Shown here: in pieces, positions 33,249 to 39,779 of the stretch
Layout: every line of letters begins with the position of its first letter
Position numbering within the stretch: the stretch's first letter is position 1
NCBI RefSeq assembly: GCF_001194135.2
Contig: NC_068991.1
Location: forward strand, 7,595,051-7,634,829
Length of the DNA stretch: 39,779 nt
Reading direction: 5' to 3'
Source of the DNA: Octopus bimaculoides
Taxonomy: Eukaryota
Translations under genes and position numbers: made by a program
The notes under the pieces: model-generated
What the model saw: the letters and a program-made list of their open reading frames with translations, nothing else
What the model was told of the DNA's origin: nothing
Databases searched by the model: none

Positions 33249-33479
33249 TTGTGTGTCTGTGTTTGTCCCCCCAACATCGTAAATTTTAAGAATACATCTT
33301 ATATATTGACAAGAGGTGAAACATCACCTACCCGAAATTCTATCAGATAATGTTGATTTTGGTATGTTATAATGCAAAGATGCCTTTCTTAGAGTCATTC
33401 CAGCTTTAACTGCTGTTACAGCTGCTTTCATGGTCTCGTCAGTGTAGGATAACTTGTGTGTTATCCGACGTCCAGGCAT
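29827..33479 (-). CDS. pogo/Fot-like transposase-derived protein, 623 aa (psq-HTH, CENP-B-like HTH, DDE_1), three coding exons, probably domesticated
   Basis: complement join of 33332..33479, 32017..32138 and 29827..31428 gives 1872 nt with no stop or frameshift. Motifs YCDE (D176), LLLDGHKSH (D286) and LQPLT (T322, normally LQPLD). Confidence 0.88.
31551..31975 (+). mobile_element. SINE family A in intron 2 of the transposase-derived gene
   Basis: Head caggcatggctgtgcggttaag, (CA)n, tail aaacccttcaaggcagtgccccagc. Confidence 0.8.
32017..32138 (-). CDS. Transposase-derived gene exon 2 (KRTALPVRGPRPVLTKEEEKCLKCWIKDMSKYGFKLTGEA)
   Basis: ctctttag acceptor (phase 1), gtatgt donor (phase 0). 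GPxPVLTxEEE...W...GF is the typical start of the CENP-B-like HTH. Confidence 0.88.
32325..32497 (+). mobile_element. SINE family A (well preserved) in intron 1 of the transposase-derived gene, running into a gap
   Basis: ggcgtgagtggctgtgtggtaagtagc...gaaagaagcccgtcgtatata. Confidence 0.85.
32498..32951. other. Assembly gap
   Basis: Run of N. Confidence 1.
33172..33245. repeat. (TA)n(TG)n microsatellite
   Basis: Direct reading. Confidence 0.95.
33332..33479 (-). CDS. Transposase-derived gene coding exon 1, psq-type HTH (MPGRRITHKLSYTDETMKAAVTAVKAGMTLRKASLHYNIPKSTLSDRIS)
   Basis: Not in the ORF track because it is under 60 aa. Typical MSIRKAAxxYNIPKSTLxDR pattern. G|gtaggt donor in phase 1; acceptor ttttacttag just upstream at 33513. 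Confidence 0.85.
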
Positions 33480-33815
33480 ATTGAAGGAGTAAAATCAGCA
33501 GACAGACCAATTCTAAGTAAAATAAATAATGAAAATAATCACATCCAGTAATAATTCAGTCTGCGGATCTTTTTTAAAACGGGGGCCACATTTTTCATTA
33601 ACGAAACACTTTGAAACTTGGAACACTGGTAGAATGTGTCATATAAAACATCTTTTTCTCTTAGTCTTCTTTAAAAAAAAAGAAATCCATAAATTATTCC
33701 ATGTTAAAGTTGTCGTATTTCTGTAATTTCAACCAATCACTGACGTCCATTCAGCCGATATACATTAAGTGCCGACTACATAAACAAACGATTCTGAAAC
33801 AATTAACCCTATCCC

Positions 33816-33841
33816 TAACCCTAACCCTAGGGTTAGGGTTA
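33816..33841. repeat. Perfect 26-bp palindrome built from TTAGGG units
   Basis: taaccctaaccct|agggttagggtta, preceded by a degenerate ttaaccctatccc. Confidence 0.95.
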
Positions 33842-33931
33842 AAGCAAACTTAAAATGAAAAAAGCAAATAAAACGAAGGTATGGAGATTAAATACGCTTT
33901 ACATCGCTTAATGAGCCAAAGGAGTAAAGGT

Positions 33932-34438
33932 NNNNNNNNNNNNNNNNNNNNNNNNNNNNNNNNNNNNNNNNNNNNNNNNNNNNNNNNNNNNNNNNNNNNN
34001 NNNNNNNNNNNNNNNNNNNNNNNNNNNNNNNNNNNNNNNNNNNNNNNNNNNNNNNNNNNNNNNNNNNNNNNNNNNNNNNNNNNNNNNNNNNNNNNNNNNN
34101 NNNNNNNNNNNNNNNNNNNNNNNNNNNNNNNNNNNNNNNNNNNNNNNNNNNNNNNNNNNNNNNNNNNNNNNNNNNNNNNNNNNNNNNNNNNNNNNNNNNN
34201 NNNNNNNNNNNNNNNNNNNNNNNNNNNNNNNNNNNNNNNNNNNNNNNNNNNNNNNNNNNNNNNNNNNNNNNNNNNNNNNNNNNNNNNNNNNNNNNNNNNN
34301 NNNNNNNNNNNNNNNNNNNNNNNNNNNNNNNNNNNNNNNNNNNNNNNNNNNNNNNNNNNNNNNNNNNNNNNNNNNNNNNNNNNNNNNNNNNNNNNNNNNN
34401 NNNNNNNNNNNNNNNNNNNNNNNNNNNNNNNNNNNNNN
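33932..34438. other. Assembly gap
   Basis: Run of N. Confidence 1.
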
Positions 34439-36059
34439 GGACCACCCCCATCCCCCAGCTACGCTAGTGCCTTTACTAAAAGACCAACTGATTTTAAGGT
34501 GGGGATTTCGTGAAATATAAAAATGTTGCTTACCGCGAACTTCTCGCCTGTGCATTAAGGCGTTTTGGGCCGGTTTTCAGCGCCAAAATATATTTAAGTT
34601 ACGAGTGGGAAATTAAAGTAAAAGACGACAAAACTATTATTTAACAATAATTGATATTGATTTTACTGTAAAAATGTTCTTTTTATTTAATTATTTATTT
34701 TGTCAAAGAAAATTGCAAACTGATAACTTAATTACACATACTTAAGTTTCGGATTAATTTTCGCAACTCCAGTAAAAGTAATTAGTTATGAATAAATCGA
34801 ACTCAGACAATTTTAAGCTTTTCTCTCTATGCATAAAATAGTAAATATAAATTGAGCAATTAGAAAAAAATTTGTAAACAGTGAAATAAACCAAACATAA
34901 AATTTAATGACTTCTTTGTTCCTGCTTTTATCAAAACGTGGAACTTTCTTGCAGACTCTGATCCACAGGCCTACCTGTGGATTCAGGTGGTTCCTAGAAT
35001 TGGTGTTGATTAACAAAAGAGAACTGAATCCAGTCCCACAAGCCCGTCGTTGTAAATGAAATGACACAACTTGAGGAAATAATCTCTTAATAAAGTTCTT
35101 GGTGTGTTTAATACAATGCAATTATTTTGAGTTGATTAACGATTTAATTTTGAAAAGTGAATTTAATAAACTGTGTCACAATCCCATGAAATTCCATCTC
35201 GCACAACACCTGGGGTGCACGTACTCCAAGTTGAGAACCCTTGATTTTTATACAGATTTGTCGCCACGAATAACAATCACATTAAAGAAGAATTTTGCTC
35301 ATTTCCATTCTATTGCACGGCAAAAACTTTAGAATAAAAATAAGCTGAGCCTACCAGTATGCGGACATAAGATGTTTCCAAATCTGGCACTGCTACTGTT
35401 CTGTGCTAGATAGATATTTTTTGTATATTAAATAAACGAAGTAGATGCTGTCATAGAGAATATATAATCATAATAACAGCCTTAGCTGTATGACGAAAAC
35501 CATAATTCTTCCGTGTCGGTAATTCGACCGGTGTGCGAACCGCGTCACCAGTTTGCGGACATCCACCTAAGAATACATTAAAACTCTTGCGATCACCTTT
35601 GCCCTGAAATAAATGAGAGCGTATAATATTATTAATTTTAATACACATGCAAGTAACCGAATAAATTTCTTGAATATGTAAGATATAATCAATAAGTATA
35701 ATCATACATCTTAGTTGTTTACCATTAAAACAATTTAGTTATTAAAAATTGCGCTGTATATATTCTGTATTAAGAATTAAATGCGTTAATCAAACTGATT
35801 TATTCATTTTAAAGAACATATAAAGTAAAATCCTTATTTATTCTCATCCCAATGAAAAGTAATAACTCATCTTATTTTGAATATCAGAAGTTTGTCGGGG
35901 CGGGGGACAGAGTGTGCCTGTTACAAGTGGAGTTCTCAAGAAATGAATAGTTCTAAATAGGGATAGTTATTAAAGGATTCCTTAATCGTTAAAGATTACA
36001 GCTGAAGTATAAGTTCATCAAAGTAGAAAAAGAAAATTTCATGGTACAAACATATTTGG

Positions 36060-36902
36060 ACACTGGAGGAATTGGACTTGTCTGCTCCTGAGAAGGTGGA
36101 GGACTGTCGGAGTCAGAGAGCTTGGGACAACATAATTTCGAAGGCCATCTTCGATTCCCTCTTCATCCAGTCGGACCAGTTTTCAAGGTGTCGCTTACTG
36201 TCTGCTAGCGTCAAATATTCAGGTGACTGGATTGATGCCATCCCTGTGGCTAATGTTGGTGGCCTACTCAGCTTGGACGAACTTTGTGTATCCATTGCCC
36301 TCAGAGTGGGAGCTGACGTATGCACGGGTTTGATCTGTCGTTGTGGCAGGTTCCTCGACTCCACAGGCCTTCATGCATCATACGGAGTTGAACCTGATAC
36401 TCAAAAGGAGCTCGGACCAGGCAAACATCCCCTTCATCTTGGAACCATATGGATTCTTCTGATGTGACAGGAAGAGACCCAACGGCCTCACCCTGTGCTC
36501 CTGGTCACATCCTTGTCTGGGATGTCACAGTTAGTGACTCCTTTGCTTCTTCTCACATNNNNNNNNNNACATCCTTGTCTGGGATGTCACAGTTAGTGAC
36601 TCCTTTGCTTCTTCTCACATCCTGGATGCTGCATTCAGGGTGAGATCACAGCTTCTGTGGTTGAGCGGAACAAAATCTTGAAATACCGCAATCTGTCGGC
36701 CAACTACATTTTCCATCCTGTGGCATTTGAGACATTTGGTGGGGTCAGACCACTAACTGCAAGATTCCTGTCTTCACTGGCAACTTGCCATGTAGAGGTA
36801 ACTGGTGAGGCTCGTGAGGGCACTTGGCAGTTCCAGCGCATCAGCTTTGCCATCACCCGCGGCAACACTGCAAGCATGCTGGTGTGTCTCAATAACCATT
36901 AG
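36060..36902 (+). mobile_element. Decayed 3' fragment of an RLE-type (CRE-like) non-LTR retrotransposon
   Basis: GDWIDAIP...IALRVG...CRCG...LDSTGLHA, KRPNGLTL, LVWDVT, KY..., PVAFETFG and FQRISFAITRGN across frameshifts and a stop; followed by a T-rich tract. Confidence 0.8.
36559..36568. other. 10-N gap with a duplicated 52-nt overlap on either side
   Basis: 36507..36558 is identical to 36569..36620. Confidence 0.95.
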
Positions 36903-37752
36903 AGAGGTTTCCCAGTGCCCCCAACTTTTCAACCCAAGGTGGTGAATTGTTTTTTTCTTTTTCTCTTTTTCCTTTTTCTCTTTTTTTCTTCTTTTTTCTT
37001 TTTAATTTTTTCAATTGAGTTCTCTGTTTTGTCCAGTTTTCTAGATTGATTTTTTAAAACAGTAAATAGTGTGAAGGCAATAAAAAGTATATTCTACTAC
37101 TTCAGATTCCTGTAGATGAGCAAAATGGAAAAGAGGATGTAATATTCTCTGAGGGTATCAAGACTACGCACAACTTCAGGTCAAATTTGACAATCAATTC
37201 TCTCAATATTCCCGTTCCTCACTTGATCATTTTCACAGCTTCCTTTATTTAGACTCATATCTCTGATAATTACTGACCCTCTACACCCAAACACAGTAGC
37301 CAAAGCAGTTCAGATCTGGATATCACACAACCCCTAGGGCTAAATTTCTGCCTATCAACTCAACGTTCACTTTAGTTACATTGATGTGATTGTAATTATC
37401 TTTCTTCCTAAGCCAGGCCACATCCTCAACTTCAGCATCATTGCCACTGTCCTTTCTTCAATTTTCTTTGAAACTCCTTAGTGGAAATCTAGTCCTATTT
37501 GAAATTAGTTAATATGAACATGTCTAATATAGAAAACTTAACAACTGATAAATATCTTCTCTTAGTTAAGTAGGTTAACTCAACAAATGAAAATATTTTC
37601 CTGAAATGATAAGATCAGTTTTGAAACACAAGACAGCAGCTGGTAGTTCACAGTAATGATAAACTATAATTCACAGTTAAGCAGAGAAGAAAAAAAATGG
37701 AAAAGAACTGCAAAATAAGCCCCACAAAAGAATTTTTATTCTAGGTTTTTAA

Positions 37753-38706
37753 ATGGAACCATACATACTTGCTATTTTAATTATCACAATAATTGCTTTG
37801 ATTGTTATATGTTTGTGTTTACTGCGCTGCTATATAATTCGGCACAGAACATGTCTAAGTCATGCTGATCTCAGTGGTAAAATAGCAATTGTAACTGGAG
37901 CAAATATTGGCCTTGGTAAGGAAACTGCATTAGAGCTGTCACTAAGAGGAGCCAAAGTAATACTAGCTTGTCGCAATGAAATCAAAGGAAAAGAATGTGC
38001 TGCTGAAATTCGTTGTCAATCTAACCAAGAGGTGTTATTTTATAAACTTGATTTAGCATCTCTGAAGTCTGTGAAAAAATTTTCTCAGACAATAATTGAG
38101 CAAGAACCACGTATTGATATATTGGTAAATAATGCTGGAGTTTTTCGATGTCCTTATATGCTAACAGAAGATGGTTTTGAGATGCACATAGGAGTGAACT
38201 ACCTGGGGCATTTCTTACTGACTAATCTTTTATTGGATCTACTTAAAAAATCTTCAGCAAGTCGTATTGTTTGTGTTGGAAGTTTCCTTTACACCAGAGG
38301 AACCATCAACTTTAAGGATTTCAATTCTGAAAGAAACTATGATCGAACACTTGCTTACTGTAACAGTAAACTTGCTATCAGCTTATTCTGTCGAGAGCTT
38401 AGCAAACATCTAAGAGATACAAGTGTAAATGTGTACTGTGTGAATCCAGGAATTGTAAGAACAAATTTACTTCAATATTCCGTTCCCGCTTTCATTCGGT
38501 ACCTGCAGCCTTTATTTCCAATGTTTTTAAATGCCAAAGAGGGAGCACAATCGATTATCAATTGTGCTGTTTCAGAACAACTTGCTGAGGAAACTGGGTT
38601 GTACTATTCTGGCTGCCAACGGAAAGAATGGCATGACAAAGCTTTAAACGAAGAAGTTGTCAAAAGCCTATGGGAGTTTAGTGAAAGACTAACTGGATTG
38701 TCCTAA
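37753..38706 (+). CDS. Retinol dehydrogenase 11/12/14-like short-chain dehydrogenase/reductase, 317 aa, single coding exon
   Basis: Hydrophobic N-terminal anchor, TGANIGLG cofactor motif, ACR (NADP-type), NNAG, YCNSK catalytic YxxxK, NPGIVRT, and the LWEFSERL ending typical of this subfamily. Confidence 0.92.
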   Translation: MEPYILAILIITIIALIVICLCLLRCYIIRHRTCLSHADLSGKIAIVTGANIGLGKETALELSLRGAKVILACRNEIKGKECAAEIRCQSNQEVLFYKLDLASLKSVKKFSQTIIEQEPRIDILVNNAGVFRCPYMLTEDGFEMHIGVNYLGHFLLTNLLLDLLKKSSASRIVCVGSFLYTRGTINFKDFNSERNYDRTLAYCNSKLAISLFCRELSKHLRDTSVNVYCVNPGIVRTNLLQYSVPAFIRYLQPLFPMFLNAKEGAQSIINCAVSEQLAEETGLYYSGCQRKEWHDKALNEEVVKSLWEFSERLTGLS

Positions 38707-38799
38707 CAGGTACGTAAAAAACAATAGTTTCTAGGTTTATTTAATTTTATTATAACTATACTTTATACATAAAATAATTTAAGAATAGCTACAAAACAT

Positions 38800-38940
38800 G
38801 TTTCTTTCTACCAAATTCACTCACAAGACTTTGGTCGGCCCAAGGCTATAGTAGAAGACACTTGCCCAAGGTGCCACACAGTGGGACTGAACCTGGAACC
38901 ATGTGGTTGGGAAGCAAGCTTCTTATCATACAGTCATGCC
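38800..38940 (-). mobile_element. SINE family A
   Basis: Near-identical to 28..178. Confidence 0.8.
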
Positions 38941-39779
38941 TAAGCCTGGTGCTTATTTTATCAGTCTCTTATGTCAAATCACTAAGTTATGGAGACACAA
39001 ACACATCAACACCAGTTGTTAAGCATTAAGTGGTGGTGGGGGGGCGAATATACAAACACACATCTGATTGAATCCTCTTTGCGTCAATATGTACTTCCTT
39101 GCGATAATATAGCCTTTAATCTAATTAAGATATCCTTGACCTGAAGAGTATCCAGCAGTACACACCTCGCTTGGATTTTACCATTTCTGAGGTTCCACTT
39201 GCTATGAAACATATGTAGCCCGGATTTTCCATACTCCATTCTGTAACTCTAGTATTCTTTTTCACACACTCAGCAGCCTTGGTTGCCTACCATGGAATAT
39301 AAAAAAGAACTTTTTTTTTTAGCTCATCGTTCTCCAATAAGGAAAAATAATCCGCAACCTTCCATCTCTCAATAAACCACTAGTGTTCCTGAAAGTTGTT
39401 TTCTTTATATTCACTACGGATTGCTTGAAGCTAACTTTCTTCCTACACCTTGATCCCTGGTTGGGAAGCAAGCTTTTTACCACTCAGACACGCTTGTAAA
39501 CAATTTCAAAATGAACTTTCAGCTTCAAAGAAAAACATTCTTCTACTTCTGTTTCATTGCTGAGTTTAATGGAGTACTACCAAACGTAAAATTATTTCTA
39601 TCTAATCTGCCAAACTTCAGTAGTTTCACTTTCTGGATCATAAAACGAAACATTGCTCAATTAAAAAATAAACACTAACAACAGAAAGTTATGAAAAAAC
39701 GAAAACAATAAATGCTTTGGGAAAAAACGTGTTGCATTTATTGTATATTATTGCTTACAATTTTCTTTTTTTTTTTTTT

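Noticed and set aside
33816-33841. Telomere-fusion scar interpretation
   Set aside because: The orientation is CCCTAA then TTAGGG, the reverse of an end-to-end fusion, and there are only 2-3 units per side.
32444-34555. ORFs spanning the gaps at 32498 and 33932
   Set aside because: Artefacts of N runs.
35897-35940. GC-box-like ggggcggggg
   Set aside because: It is isolated, and the adjacent sequence translates to VPVTSGV, suggesting a tiny CR1/L2 RT remnant; too short to call either way.
36507-36620. Exact 52-nt tandem duplication
   Set aside because: The copies sit either side of a 10-N gap, typical of an unmerged contig overlap.
39060-39450. Slightly GC-richer stretch with 40-55-codon open frames on the minus strand
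   Set aside because: No recognisable protein or consistent splice structure; possibly old TE sequence.

Overview
AT-rich, SINE-dense animal genomic DNA. The SINE families resemble those of octopods; this is an inference, not a database result. There are four N gaps. Three protein-coding genes are supported. (1) TARBP1/Trm3, a tRNA Gm18 2'-O-methyltransferase, on the minus strand. I traced 23 coding exons by GT-AG sites and codon phase from 27972 to 864. One internal exon could not be found and the 3' end runs off the left edge. (2) A spliced, intact 623-aa pogo/Fot-type transposase-derived gene on the minus strand (33479..33332, 32138..32017, 31428..29827), with psq-HTH, CENP-B-like HTH and DDE_1 domains. 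Its third catalytic Asp is replaced by Thr (DD35D to DD35T), making it a candidate domesticated transposase and the most interesting item here. (3) An RDH11/12/14-like short-chain dehydrogenase on the plus strand (37753..38706) whose CDS lies in one exon. The rest is several tRNA-derived SINE families, hAT/Buster-type MITEs with 8-bp TSDs, TTAA-flanked MITEs, decayed CRE-, HERO- and RTE-like LINE fragments, microsatellites and several palindromes. Repeat boundaries are approximate unless TSDs are quoted. No prokaryotic features (CRISPR, operons) are present.
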